A stretch of DNA of 34,820 nt from NCBI GenBank assembly GCA_964548195.1, contig CAZJQC010000014.1:1-34820 (forward strand), written 5' to 3'. Both the position numbers and the translations under genes were made by a program. Under the pieces are notes generated by a model. The model made no database searches, was not told the DNA's origin, and saw only the letters and a program-made list of their open reading frames with translations. Below, piece after piece: positions 25,451-34,784 of the stretch. Every line of letters starts with the position of its first letter. Position 1 is the first letter of the stretch. The DNA comes from an uncultured bacterium. Its GTDB lineage: Bacteria; Macinerneyibacteriota; Macinerneyibacteria; Macinerneyibacteriales; DSCS01.

Positions 25451-27523
25451 TCAACCGTTAATCAAAATGACATCAACTCTTCTGTTGTTCTTGCGTCCCT
25501 TGGCGGTAGCGTTTGAATCAATGGGCATGTCTTCGCCAAAGCCTTTTGCCGTGATCCGTTCAGGGCTGATTCCCTTGCTGACCATGTATTCCTTCACTTT
25601 TTCCGCCCTGTTTTTCGACAATGTCATATTGTCCGCTGCCGTTCCCTGATTATCCGTGTGGCCTTCGATCCTGACGGTGGCGCCCGGCCTGTTGTTCATG
25701 AGTTCTATCACGCGCGCGAGTTCGGCTTTGTCGCTTTCGGTAATGCCCGATTTGTTTTCGTCAAAGACGATCCTTGCCGCCACGAACAATGCGGGTATGG
25801 GAGGATACTCTTCGGAGATCACGGGCTTTACGGCCTCTATGACCTGAGCGGCCCCCACTGATATTTCCGCCAACATGCTTTTGCCTGTGTTGTCCCCGGA
25901 ATCGGTGACTTCCGCGAACAGCTGCAGCGTCTCGCCTTCGGCGGGATAGGAGCCGTCGTTGTATACGCCGGTCCATTCATAAACATCCTTTATGCCGCTA
26001 AACTCTATCATATGGACGGTATCAACGCCCTTTTTTATGTATATCACTGTTTTTTTGACATCCACATATTCGCCTGTAGTGACTGTCATGGAAATGCCTT
26101 TTCCCGGAACAAGCAGTTCCGGTTGAACGCGCAGCGCCACCTGAGGCGCTTTTGTCCTGACCATCAGCGGAAGTCTGCCGCTGTCGCCCTTGTTCCCGTA
26201 TTTGTCCTTTACGGATATGGAGGCGTAATATTTGCCGTCAGCCACAGTCTTTTTTCCTTTTTCGGTGCCGTCCCAGGTAACAAACATAGGGAGCCCCTTT
26301 TTGCCCTTGAACGCGGCAACGTCCTTGCCGTTCTCATCCGCAATATTCAAATTCCATTTTTTTATGATCTCAGCGTCCTTTGAGTCTATCCTTATGCGTA
26401 TCTGGTCTTTTTTGCCGTCCCCGTTCGGAGAAAACCAGTCGTCCGCGGCCGACAGTTCGACCTTCGGAGTTATCTTGTATGTCATCTTCTTTTTGACGCC
26501 GCCCATGTATGCCATGCCGAATGTCATGGAGTCACCGGTGTAGTCGCTTTTCAGGGCGTACCCCGCATTAAACTGGAAGCCGCTGAACTTTACGCCCAAT
26601 CCGGCCGTGATCTGGCCGTTTGTGTCATAAATAGCGTCGGACGGTTCCGAGCCCAGAAGGCCACCGCCGTCGGTATAGAATGTGTTCTGCATGTATCCAG
26701 CCCTTAACGCGACTGTCTCGTCGGCAAACCATTCCTCGATACCCGCTCTCAGCGCGCCAGATTCGGAATGGTTCATCAGATAGTCCACGGCGACCGTCAT
26801 CTTCGCGTCGCCTGCCAGCTGATGTTTGTATTCTACCGCCGTACCGAAATTCATGCCGGTGGCCACATCCATTGGCTTTACTATATCTATAAAGGAGACG
26901 CCCACATTGACAGAACCCTTCATGCCCAGATGAAACTTGGCCAAAAAGGAGAGATCTGCGCCGAAAGCGCTTTCGTTATATACGTCTTCCGACGGGTACT
27001 GATAATCCTCGCCTATATTCGGCATCAGATACTTGCCGGCTATGCCGAAGCCCAGGGAGATGCCGTTGACTTCGACAAACCTGTTGACGGAAACAAAAGC
27101 CGTGTCGATGTAATTGTCGGCGAGTTCGCTTTCATCCAGAGTCCCGTCATTTTTCGGAAACAGGAACTCAGTCCTTACACCCGATATGTTTATGACAAAC
27201 CAGTTTTTTACGGGAAATGTGAGCCCTCCGTATATATTCTGCGCCAGGTACGAATCGCAGCCGTCGTAGTTAAAATACATGCCCGTGCCCGCAAAACCGT
27301 CCACGCCGAAACTGAAGGCATAACCGGAGTTGTTTAAAAAATTCGCGGGAGCGTTCCCGGAGCCTATGCTCGCGCCGCCCATACCGAAGGAATAAGCGTC
27401 AAAAAGAGCTATCCTTGTGTTCTCATAATATGCTGAAACAGGATTTTCACCGTTTTCAGCGTTCATCACGGAAACCGCCGCCAAAGCGATGATAAGAAAT
27501 ACCGCCAACCTCTTCATATACAT
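25451..27523 (-). CDS. Outer-membrane protein: PorV/PorQ-like beta-barrel, FlgD-type Ig domains, OmpA_C peptidoglycan-binding domain
   Basis: Signal peptide; AYSFGMGGA..N followed by amphipathic strands; FSPNGDGKKD..WDG..DGKY; IVFD..IEGHTD..LSKNRA..NRRV. Confidence 0.8.
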   Translation of the reverse strand: MYMKRLAVFLIIALAAVSVMNAENGENPVSAYYENTRIALFDAYSFGMGGASIGSGNAPANFLNNSGYAFSFGVDGFAGTGMYFNYDGCDSYLAQNIYGGLTFPVKNWFVINISGVRTEFLFPKNDGTLDESELADNYIDTAFVSVNRFVEVNGISLGFGIAGKYLMPNIGEDYQYPSEDVYNESAFGADLSFLAKFHLGMKGSVNVGVSFIDIVKPMDVATGMNFGTAVEYKHQLAGDAKMTVAVDYLMNHSESGALRAGIEEWFADETVALRAGYMQNTFYTDGGGLLGSEPSDAIYDTNGQITAGLGVKFSGFQFNAGYALKSDYTGDSMTFGMAYMGGVKKKMTYKITPKVELSAADDWFSPNGDGKKDQIRIRIDSKDAEIIKKWNLNIADENGKDVAAFKGKKGLPMFVTWDGTEKGKKTVADGKYYASISVKDKYGNKGDSGRLPLMVRTKAPQVALRVQPELLVPGKGISMTVTTGEYVDVKKTVIYIKKGVDTVHMIEFSGIKDVYEWTGVYNDGSYPAEGETLQLFAEVTDSGDNTGKSMLAEISVGAAQVIEAVKPVISEEYPPIPALFVAARIVFDENKSGITESDKAELARVIELMNNRPGATVRIEGHTDNQGTAADNMTLSKNRAEKVKEYMVSKGISPERITAKGFGEDMPIDSNATAKGRKNNRRVDVILING

Positions 27524-27534
27524 CCCCCTTTCGA

Positions 27535-28326
27535 TTACTTGCCCAATAACAACCTTTCACCTAGTATATACGGTAACGGTGTAGCGGCAAGGCTTCTCTG
27601 CGTAATCATAACATCATAATCGCATCTGTGCATTTTAATTTTCCGCGCGTCGCAGTCCCATATCATGTACGACGGCATATAGTTGCCGTCCCTGGGCTGC
27701 CCCACGCTGCCGGGATTGATGATATACTGATTCGCCGCGTCGAGCGCGCAGTCCCTTTCCCCGGGAAATATTCCGCTGATCTTTCCTCCGTCCGTACGCC
27801 TGACGTATATGTACGCTTTATGTGTATGCGCCACAAAGACATGGCCGCTTCCTTTCACAAAGGATTGCTGAGCCATCTCCAGGGAATCCATGTAATACCA
27901 GTTCCTTGTCATCTGCGGCGTGGAATGGTAGAACGCGGCGCCGTTTTTTTCGAGTTTATAAGGCAGCGTCTTTATAAAGGCGACATGTTCGGCCCCCAGC
28001 TGCTCCCTTGTCCAGACCAGTGCCTCATAGGCGTTTCTGTTGAAACAGCTGATATCCGTGAAGTTTATGGCGCCGGCGTCATGGTTTCCCATGACATTGC
28101 TTATGGTAAAGAAAGACGCAAGTTCTTTTTCCGCAGGTTCCAGAGAGGGAGCCGCTCCGCCGTTCATCGCCATGATCATCTCAATGCATTTCACCGGCTC
28201 CGGGCCGTAACCTATTATATCTCCGCAATTGACAAGGGTTTTAACCTTCTTTTCTTTCAAGTCGGCCAAAACGGCCTTTAACGCCTCAAAATTCGAATGT
28301 ATGTCCGCGATTACGCCGATTTTCAT
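27535..28326 (-). CDS. Calcineurin-like metallophosphoesterase
   Basis: ADIHSN, GDIIGYGP, GNHD, HTH, NPGSVGQPRDG. Confidence 0.9.
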   Translation of the reverse strand: MKIGVIADIHSNFEALKAVLADLKEKKVKTLVNCGDIIGYGPEPVKCIEMIMAMNGGAAPSLEPAEKELASFFTISNVMGNHDAGAINFTDISCFNRNAYEALVWTREQLGAEHVAFIKTLPYKLEKNGAAFYHSTPQMTRNWYYMDSLEMAQQSFVKGSGHVFVAHTHKAYIYVRRTDGGKISGIFPGERDCALDAANQYIINPGSVGQPRDGNYMPSYMIWDCDARKIKMHRCDYDVMITQRSLAATPLPYILGERLLLGK

Positions 28327-28757
28327 ATTTTGCCTCCGGCAATATCCATCCCGTCAAGGAACGCGTGCAGTTTTTTGTCAAAATCCGGGGATGCGAATTT
28401 GTCGCTAAGGCGAAGCCCTTCCGAGATGACAAGTTTTTTGTCCTCTCGCAGGAACTTCATCTCGTATACGCATAATATGGTCAAAGCCCTGTCGATCAGA
28501 TTCAATTCGGAAAAATTACCCTTATACGCGCGGGCTATGGCCTCTTCCACCGAAGAGAGATGCGAGATAAGGTCGGCATAAGTCACTTTGAAATATTCCG
28601 CCTTTACGTCCTTCATATCCGCGAAGAAAACATCGGTCAGCAGCGCTTCTGAGTCCCGGGAAGCTTTGTCTCCCCCGAAAAAGAGGTGACTGTAAAGATG
28701 TTGCAGCAGTATTTCCCTGACGTTTTTTTTCGTCTTAATATCTATCTTCCCGCTCAT
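28323..28757 (-). CDS. nusB: Transcription antitermination factor NusB (divergent)
   Basis: Directly after ribH (conserved synteny); REILLQHLY, IDRAL, YEM, VISEGLRLSDKF. Confidence 0.75.
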   Translation of the reverse strand: MSGKIDIKTKKNVREILLQHLYSHLFFGGDKASRDSEALLTDVFFADMKDVKAEYFKVTYADLISHLSSVEEAIARAYKGNFSELNLIDRALTILCVYEMKFLREDKKLVISEGLRLSDKFASPDFDKKLHAFLDGMDIAGGKI

Positions 28758-28760
28758 GGT

Positions 28761-29222
28761 TTAGATCTTCCCTGAAATGTCCATCATCTCGATGAGAGAC
28801 AGAGCGGCGTCCCAGCCTTTGTTTCCCATCTTTGTCCCGGCTCTTTCGATGGCTTGTTCTATATTTTCAGTGGTGAGCACCCCGAAAGAGACCGGAGTCT
28901 TGCCTTCCATTGCGATATGCGCTATTCCCTTTGAGACTTCCGAAGCCACGTATTCAAAATGGGGGGTGTTGCCCCGTATCACGGTGGCAAGGCATATGAC
29001 TCCGTCATAGACGCCCTTTTCCGTTATTCTCCTCAATGCGAACGGTATTTCAAATGCGCCGGGCACAAAATACACATGTATGTCGTCGCCCGAGCCCCCG
29101 TGCCTCAGCACGCAGTCTTCAGCGCCTTCAAGCAGTTTTTTGTTTATAAAGTCATTGAACCGCGACACCACCACTGCGATCTTCTTCCCTTTCGCGTTCA
29201 GCTTTCCCTCTATGATCTTCAT
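28761..29222 (-). CDS. ribH: 6,7-dimethyl-8-ribityllumazine synthase
   Basis: [39 protein letters not shown]. Confidence 0.97.
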   Translation of the reverse strand: MKIIEGKLNAKGKKIAVVVSRFNDFINKKLLEGAEDCVLRHGGSGDDIHVYFVPGAFEIPFALRRITEKGVYDGVICLATVIRGNTPHFEYVASEVSKGIAHIAMEGKTPVSFGVLTTENIEQAIERAGTKMGNKGWDAALSLIEMMDISGKI

Positions 29223-29231
29223 ATTTCCTCC

Positions 29232-30455
29232 TCAAACGTTATCGATGAGATGCCCCATCTTTTCCTTTTTTGTCCTTAAATAGTCTATGTTGTGCTCACT
29301 GACCCTGCCCATGATGGCCACGCGCTCCACTATTTCCATGTCGTATCCGGAGAAGGCCACCACTTTTTTCGGATTGTTTGTCATAAGCCTGATCTTCTTC
29401 ACGCCGAGATCGAACAATATCTGCGCGCCTATGCCGTAATCGCGCAGGTCAGGGGGGAAACCCAGGGCGACATTAGCCTCTACGGTGTCCATGCCGCTGT
29501 CCTGCAGATGATAGGCGTGTATTTTGTTGAGAAGCCCTATACCGCGGCCCTCCTGCCGAAGATAAACCACCACGCCGCGGCCTTCTTCCTGGACCATTTT
29601 CATGGCCGAGTGCAGCTGGTCTCCGCATTCACATTTCATGCTGCCAAGGGCGTCGCCGGTAAGGCATTCGGAATGCACCCGTACCAACACAGGTTCATCC
29701 ACATCCACATCCCCTTTGACGAGTGCTATGTGCTCCTTCGAATCCAACGTGTTTATATATCCGTAAAGCCTGAAATCCCCGTATTCTGTGGGAAGTTCGG
29801 CCACCGCCTTTCGTTTCACAAACTGTTCATGTTTCATCCTGTACGATATGAGGTCGGCCACGCTGATCAGAGGCAGTCCGTGTTCCGCCGCGAAACCGAT
29901 CAGTCCCGGCAGCCGCATCATATGGCCGTCGCCTTCCATGATCTCGCACAGTACCCCGGAAGGGTTCATGCCACCAAGCGTCATAAGGTCCACGGCCGCT
30001 TCGGTGTGGCCCGCTCTTTCTATAACGCCCCCTCTTCTGGCGCGCAATGGAAATATATGGCCGGGCACCACTATGTCCGCGGGGCCCGCACCCGGCTTAA
30101 TGGCAGTCAATATGGTCTTGGCCCTGTCATATGCCGATATGCCCGTGGTCACGCCTTCTCTTGCCTCGATCGACTGGGTGAAGGCAGTCTCATGCGCGGA
30201 CTCGTTTATCTCCGCCATCATCTTGAGGCCCAGCCTGCGGACCTGATCGGCGGTCACCGAAAGGCATACAAGCCCCCGCGCTTCTTTTGCCATGAAATTG
30301 ACGGCTTCCGGGGTGACCTTTTCCGCGGCCATGATAATATCGCCCTCATTTTCCCGTTTTTCATCATCCACCACGACTATCATGCCCCCGCTTTTAAGGG
30401 TATCCACGGCTTCATCGATGGTATTGAACTTAAAATCCATGTTTTTTTCTACCAT
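29232..30455 (-). CDS. ribBA: Bifunctional DHBP synthase / GTP cyclohydrolase II
   Basis: RENEGD, TTGISA.DR, PGHIFPL, RAGHTEA; RVHSECLTGD, CECG, QEGRGIG, TNNP. Confidence 0.97.
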   Translation of the reverse strand: MVEKNMDFKFNTIDEAVDTLKSGGMIVVVDDEKRENEGDIIMAAEKVTPEAVNFMAKEARGLVCLSVTADQVRRLGLKMMAEINESAHETAFTQSIEAREGVTTGISAYDRAKTILTAIKPGAGPADIVVPGHIFPLRARRGGVIERAGHTEAAVDLMTLGGMNPSGVLCEIMEGDGHMMRLPGLIGFAAEHGLPLISVADLISYRMKHEQFVKRKAVAELPTEYGDFRLYGYINTLDSKEHIALVKGDVDVDEPVLVRVHSECLTGDALGSMKCECGDQLHSAMKMVQEEGRGVVVYLRQEGRGIGLLNKIHAYHLQDSGMDTVEANVALGFPPDLRDYGIGAQILFDLGVKKIRLMTNNPKKVVAFSGYDMEIVERVAIMGRVSEHNIDYLRTKKEKMGHLIDNV

Positions 30456-31081
30456 TTTTTCAGTACCTCCTCAAGGTCCGATCCGCCGCCTTCGCCGTGC
30501 ATCTTCAGGGCCTTTGTAACATATTTGCCGATTATGTCATATTCTATATGCACCTCATCGCCTGCCGCAAGTGCTGACAAAGAGGTATTGGCCAGCGTGT
30601 GCGGTATCACGCCCACGCTGAACGCGCCGGAAGAGCAGTCTTTTACCGTAAGGCTGATCCCGTCTACTGCGACCGAGCCTTTTCTCACGATCAGCTCGTC
30701 ATATCGCGAGGGTTGTGAAAACTCGATGACCCTTTCGCGTCCCTTTTCCCGTATGCGCGCCACACGTACAACGGCATCCACATGGCCCTGCACGATATGT
30801 CCGTGCATGCGCTGGCCGGCCGCCAGCGCCCGTTCCACGTTGACCTTCCTTCCCGGCCTGTAACGGGATATCAGTGTAGTGGCGGCTGTTTCGCTCATGA
30901 CCTCAAAGACAAGCTCCGCGCCATGTCTTTCGGTCACGGTAAGACAGACACCGTTGCATGCGACGGAATCGCCGGCCACTGTGTCTTCAAAACCGCCGAC
31001 TGACAACGTCAGCCGCATGATGCCGTTTCCGGCATCCACTCTGCGCACTTCGGCAAGTGATTCGATCAATCCTGTAAACAT
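30449..31081 (-). CDS. ribE: Riboflavin synthase (alpha chain)
   Basis: MFTGLIE, GDSVACNGVCLT, GHIVQGHVD, KGSVAVDGISLT. Confidence 0.97.
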   Translation of the reverse strand: MFTGLIESLAEVRRVDAGNGIMRLTLSVGGFEDTVAGDSVACNGVCLTVTERHGAELVFEVMSETAATTLISRYRPGRKVNVERALAAGQRMHGHIVQGHVDAVVRVARIREKGRERVIEFSQPSRYDELIVRKGSVAVDGISLTVKDCSSGAFSVGVIPHTLANTSLSALAAGDEVHIEYDIIGKYVTKALKMHGEGGGSDLEEVLKKW

Positions 31082-31082
31082 C

Positions 31083-32138
31083 TTATTTATAACCTCTCAT
31101 CATCGCGTCCCCTTCAAAAAATTCCCAGCTGACATCCCTAAGCTCAAGGGCTTCCTTTACGGCGGCGGTCTGTTTTCCCCGCACCGGGGAAATGCCCCCG
31201 CCCAGCAGCTTCGGAGCGATAAAGACATTGACCTCGTCAAAAAAGCGGCTCTCTATGAAGGCCGTGAGCACCGACGCCCCGCCTTCAACCAGCAGAGAGC
31301 TGATATTCTCACTTTTAAGGATGTCCGTAATGGTTTTTTCGAAACGGCCGCCATCCTTGTCAAAATTATAGAATCTAAACCCCGGTATATCAAGATTTTT
31401 CTGTCCGATATATACACCCGTCCCGTCGGCAAATACCCTGTGGCTGACGGGGTCGTTTATAAGTCCGTCCCCGTCCAGTATGACCTTCCGGGGCTGCCAG
31501 CCTCCGGGCACTTTTCTCGCCGACAAAAGCGGGTCGTCAGCCAGCACGGTACCGGATCCCACAAGCACGGCTCCCACGTTATGCCGCAGCAGGTGGACGG
31601 CATCACGGCTTTTTTCACCCGATATCCACCCCGAATCACCTGAGGAAGCGGCGATAAATCCGTCGGCTGTCATGGCGTATTTCAATATCACATACGGCTC
31701 GGAAAAGCGCATGTTCTTTATAAAGACCCTGTTTATAAAACGCGCGCGCGCCTCTTCATGGCCCGTGGTCACGACAATGCCCTTTTCCCTCAGCCGGGCG
31801 ACGCCCCGTCCGTTCACGAGCGGATTGGGGTCTTCCATCGCCACATGCACTTCGGAGATCCCCTTTTCTATTATCAAATCCGTGCAGGGAGGCGTCTTGC
31901 CCTGATGCGAACAGGGTTCAAGCGTCACGTAAAGCTCGGCTCCGCACGCGTCGCCGCGGGGAATATCAAGAGCCTCGACTTCGGCATGAGGCCCGCCGAA
32001 CACTCTGTGGCGGCCTTCGCCTATCACACGCCCGTTCTTCACTACGACCGCCCCCACATAAGGATTCGGCTGCACCCGGGCGTCGGACATGGCGGCCAGC
32101 CGCAGGGCGCGTTCCATAAATATCTTATTATAAGGCAT
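31083..32138 (-). CDS. ribD: Bifunctional pyrimidine deaminase/reductase RibD
   Basis: PNPYVG, HAE, LEPCSH..TPPC, TVLADDP, VEGG. Confidence 0.97.
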   Translation of the reverse strand: MPYNKIFMERALRLAAMSDARVQPNPYVGAVVVKNGRVIGEGRHRVFGGPHAEVEALDIPRGDACGAELYVTLEPCSHQGKTPPCTDLIIEKGISEVHVAMEDPNPLVNGRGVARLREKGIVVTTGHEEARARFINRVFIKNMRFSEPYVILKYAMTADGFIAASSGDSGWISGEKSRDAVHLLRHNVGAVLVGSGTVLADDPLLSARKVPGGWQPRKVILDGDGLINDPVSHRVFADGTGVYIGQKNLDIPGFRFYNFDKDGGRFEKTITDILKSENISSLLVEGGASVLTAFIESRFFDEVNVFIAPKLLGGGISPVRGKQTAAVKEALELRDVSWEFFEGDAMMRGYK

Positions 32139-33240
32139 TGTTAAGTCTCCTGTGTTCCTCTATGGCAAAGCGGTCGGTCATCCCGGCGATATAATCCGCC
32201 GCGGCCCTCTCCAGCCCGGTCTTTTCAGCCTCTTCCCGGTACCTTAAAGGCAGCAGGGCGGGATAGGCCGTGATGGTGTTGTACAAACCCTCTATGCAGC
32301 GTTCCGCGCTGACCCTCATCCGCTCCACTTTGGGGTGGCGGTAGAGGTTCTGATAGAGATAGGCCTTCAGCTCAAGACGCAGCTCATCCACTTCCCCGCT
32401 GAATGCGGCAATACTTTTATTGACTTTTCTGAGCTTTGCGACCGAGTCAATGCCATGATCTTCTATCAAACGCAATGTGTTCTCCGCGAGGTCGTTTATG
32501 AACAATGATATCAGGGAACTTATGGCCCTGAACTTGTCGATCTCCCGCCCCCCGGAATACGCATCCCTTGCGCGCGTCTCTTTCCATACGCGCACGCTGT
32601 CAAGATCCTGCCAGTCCAGCAGGCCTGACTCCAACCCGTCGTCAAGGTCATGGTTGAGATAGGCGATCTCATCGGCATGATCGATGATCTGTGATTCCAG
32701 CACCGGCACTGTCTTAAGGGAAAACTTGTCCTCCAGATCCGCGTTATAGACGGTATCATAAGGATATGAATGCTTTATAATACCCTCAAGCGTCTCATAG
32801 GAGAGGTTCAGTCCGTCAAAGCCGTGATAACGGCGCTCAAGAGAGGTCACTATCCTGTAGCTCTGGCGATTGTGCTCAAATCCCCCGTGTCCGGCAAGAA
32901 GTCTGTCCAGGACGGCTTCTCCCGTATGGCCGAAAGGGGTATGTCCGAGGTCATGGGCCAAAGCCACCGCTTCCACCAGCTCTATGTTAAGCCCCAGCCT
33001 TTTTGCCAGGCTTCTTGCGATCTGGGAGACCTCCATCGTATGAGTCAGACGGGTCCTGTAATAGTCGCCTTCGTGGTTTACAAACACCTGTGTCTTGTAC
33101 TCCAGCTTTCGAAATGCCTCGCAATGGATGATGCGATCCCGGTCACGCTCATAAATGCCGCGCGTATCGTGATAATTTTCCTGATTAAACCGTCCCCTGC
33201 TGTCGGCATCCCGCATGGCATAAACCGCTAAACTATACAT
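32128..33240 (-). CDS. dgt: dNTP (dGTP) triphosphohydrolase, HD family
   Basis: RDRDRI, KTQVF, RTRLTH, HDLGHTPFGH, ADEIAY..HD, DYIAGMTD. Start reassigned to ATG 33240 (GGGGG SD). Confidence 0.92.
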   Translation of the reverse strand: MYSLAVYAMRDADSRGRFNQENYHDTRGIYERDRDRIIHCEAFRKLEYKTQVFVNHEGDYYRTRLTHTMEVSQIARSLAKRLGLNIELVEAVALAHDLGHTPFGHTGEAVLDRLLAGHGGFEHNRQSYRIVTSLERRYHGFDGLNLSYETLEGIIKHSYPYDTVYNADLEDKFSLKTVPVLESQIIDHADEIAYLNHDLDDGLESGLLDWQDLDSVRVWKETRARDAYSGGREIDKFRAISSLISLFINDLAENTLRLIEDHGIDSVAKLRKVNKSIAAFSGEVDELRLELKAYLYQNLYRHPKVERMRVSAERCIEGLYNTITAYPALLPLRYREEAEKTGLERAAADYIAGMTDRFAIEEHRRLNNAL

Positions 33241-33257
33241 ATATAACCCCCTATGAA

Positions 33258-33285
33258 ATAATAGCACAGCATATTTTTTTTGCAA
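33258..33285 (-). promoter_or_regulatory. Putative promoter of the dgt-rib run
   Basis: TTGCAA (33280-33285), 16 nt, extended -10 TGcTATTAT (hexamer 33258-33263). Confidence 0.55.
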
Positions 33286-33302
33286 ACTTTTCCGCTTTTT
33301 GC

Positions 33303-33330
33303 TTGACAACCTGCTTTATGCAGATACCAT
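33303..33330 (+). promoter_or_regulatory. Putative gdhA promoter
   Basis: TTGACA (33303-33308), 16 nt, TACCAT (33325-33330). Confidence 0.5.
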
Positions 33331-33386
33331 TTCATTAACAAAGAATTTCTTGTTTTGTCAAGAATTAACTCAATAAGGAGGGTGTT

Positions 33387-34727
33387 ATGAACGCTTACGT
33401 AACCAGAGTAATCGAAGATCTTAAGAAAAGGTATCCCTGGGAGAAAGAGTTCCTTCAGGCTGCCGAAGAGGTTCTTGAATCTCTCAGCCCTGTGATGGAC
33501 AAAGAGCCCAAATACGAGAAAGCAAGCATTCTTGAAAGGATCATTGATCCCGAAAGAACCATTATGTTCAAGGTGCCTTGGAAAGATGACAAGGGAAACT
33601 ATCATGTGAACAGAGGCTTCAGAGTACAGTTCAACAGTGCGATAGGACCTTACAAAGGCGGTCTTCGTTTTCATCCTTCCGTAAACCTCAGCATCCTTAA
33701 ATTCCTGGGCTTCGAACAGATTTTTAAAAACAGCCTTACGAGCCTTCCCATGGGCGGCGGCAAGGGCGGATCCGATTTTGATCCCAGAGGCAAATCAGAT
33801 AATGAGATCATGACTTTCTGCCAGTCATTCATGACTGAGCTGTTCAGGCATATCGGCCCCGACACAGACGTTCCCGCGGGCGACATAGGTGTCGGCGGAC
33901 GCGAAGTCGGTTATATGTTCGGCCAGTACAAAAGGCTCGCCAACGAGTTCACCGGCGTTCTTACCGGTAAGGGTTATGACTGGGGCGGAAGCGCATTCAG
34001 GCCTGAAGCAACCGGTTTTGGCGGCGTTTATTTTGTGGTCGAAATGCTCAAAGCCAAGGGCGAAGACATCAAGGGTAAAGTCATCGGCCTTTCGGGATTC
34101 GGCAACGTTGCCTGGGGCGCAGCCAAAAAAATCGCTGAGCTGGGCGCAAAAGCCGTCACACTTTCCGGCCCTGACGGATATATATATGATCCCGACGGAA
34201 TCTCAGGCGAAAAAGTCGACTACCTTCTTGAGATGAGAGCAAGCGGCCGCGACAAGGTACAGGATTACGCTGACAAATTCGGCGTTAAATTTGTAGCCGG
34301 TGAAAAACCCTGGAAAAACGAAAAAATGGATATCGCAATGCCTTGTGCCACTCAGAATGAAGTCGACGGAGAAGATGCAAAAGCACTTATCGCCAACGGC
34401 TGTAAATACATCGCTGAAGTATCCAACATGGGATGTACACCCGAAGCATGGAAACTGGCTGTTGAAAAGATCACATATGCTCCCGGCAAAGCAGTTAACG
34501 CCGGCGGCGTTGCCGTTTCCGGACTTGAGATGTCTCAGAACAGCGGAAGGATCCACTGGTCACCCGAAGAGGTTAACGAGAAACTCAAAGTCATCATGTT
34601 CAATATACACAAAGCATGTCTTGATGCGGCAAAAGAGTACGGTGTTGCCGGCAACTACGCAGTAGGTGCAAACATCGCCGGATTCAAAAAAGTCGCTGAT
34701 TCCATGCTTGCTCAGGGACTTGTCTGA
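33387..34727 (+). CDS. gdhA: Glutamate dehydrogenase (GdhA family, probably NADP-specific)
   Basis: GPYKGGLRFH, MGGGKGG, VPAGDIG, RPEATG, GFGNVA, NAGGVAVSGLEM; AAGGAGG SD. Confidence 0.96.
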   Translation: MNAYVTRVIEDLKKRYPWEKEFLQAAEEVLESLSPVMDKEPKYEKASILERIIDPERTIMFKVPWKDDKGNYHVNRGFRVQFNSAIGPYKGGLRFHPSVNLSILKFLGFEQIFKNSLTSLPMGGGKGGSDFDPRGKSDNEIMTFCQSFMTELFRHIGPDTDVPAGDIGVGGREVGYMFGQYKRLANEFTGVLTGKGYDWGGSAFRPEATGFGGVYFVVEMLKAKGEDIKGKVIGLSGFGNVAWGAAKKIAELGAKAVTLSGPDGYIYDPDGISGEKVDYLLEMRASGRDKVQDYADKFGVKFVAGEKPWKNEKMDIAMPCATQNEVDGEDAKALIANGCKYIAEVSNMGCTPEAWKLAVEKITYAPGKAVNAGGVAVSGLEMSQNSGRIHWSPEEVNEKLKVIMFNIHKACLDAAKEYGVAGNYAVGANIAGFKKVADSMLAQGLV

Positions 34728-34748
34728 TAATTGCATCATAAGAGATAC

Positions 34749-34784
34749 AAAGCCGCCGGAACAAACGTTCCGGCGGCTTTTTTT
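34749..34784 (+). terminator. Rho-independent terminator of gdhA
   Basis: AAAGCCGCCGGAAC-aaac-GTTCCGGCGGCTTT followed by further Ts. Confidence 0.92.

Noticed and set aside
29292..30863. 523-aa plus-strand ORF antisense to ribBA/ribE
   Set aside because: Fully overlaps clear housekeeping genes and shows no domain signal; a typical antisense shadow.
33302..33362. Inverted pair CTTGACAA ... TTGTCAAG flanking the gdhA promoter
   Set aside because: The arms are only 8 bp and 45 nt apart, the minus-strand TTGACA lacks a good -10, and chance occurrence in AT-rich DNA is plausible.
33241..33386. FMN riboswitch or other structured RNA ahead of the rib genes
   Set aside because: The region is short and AT-rich, is occupied by divergent promoter candidates, and shows no RFN-like conserved segments.
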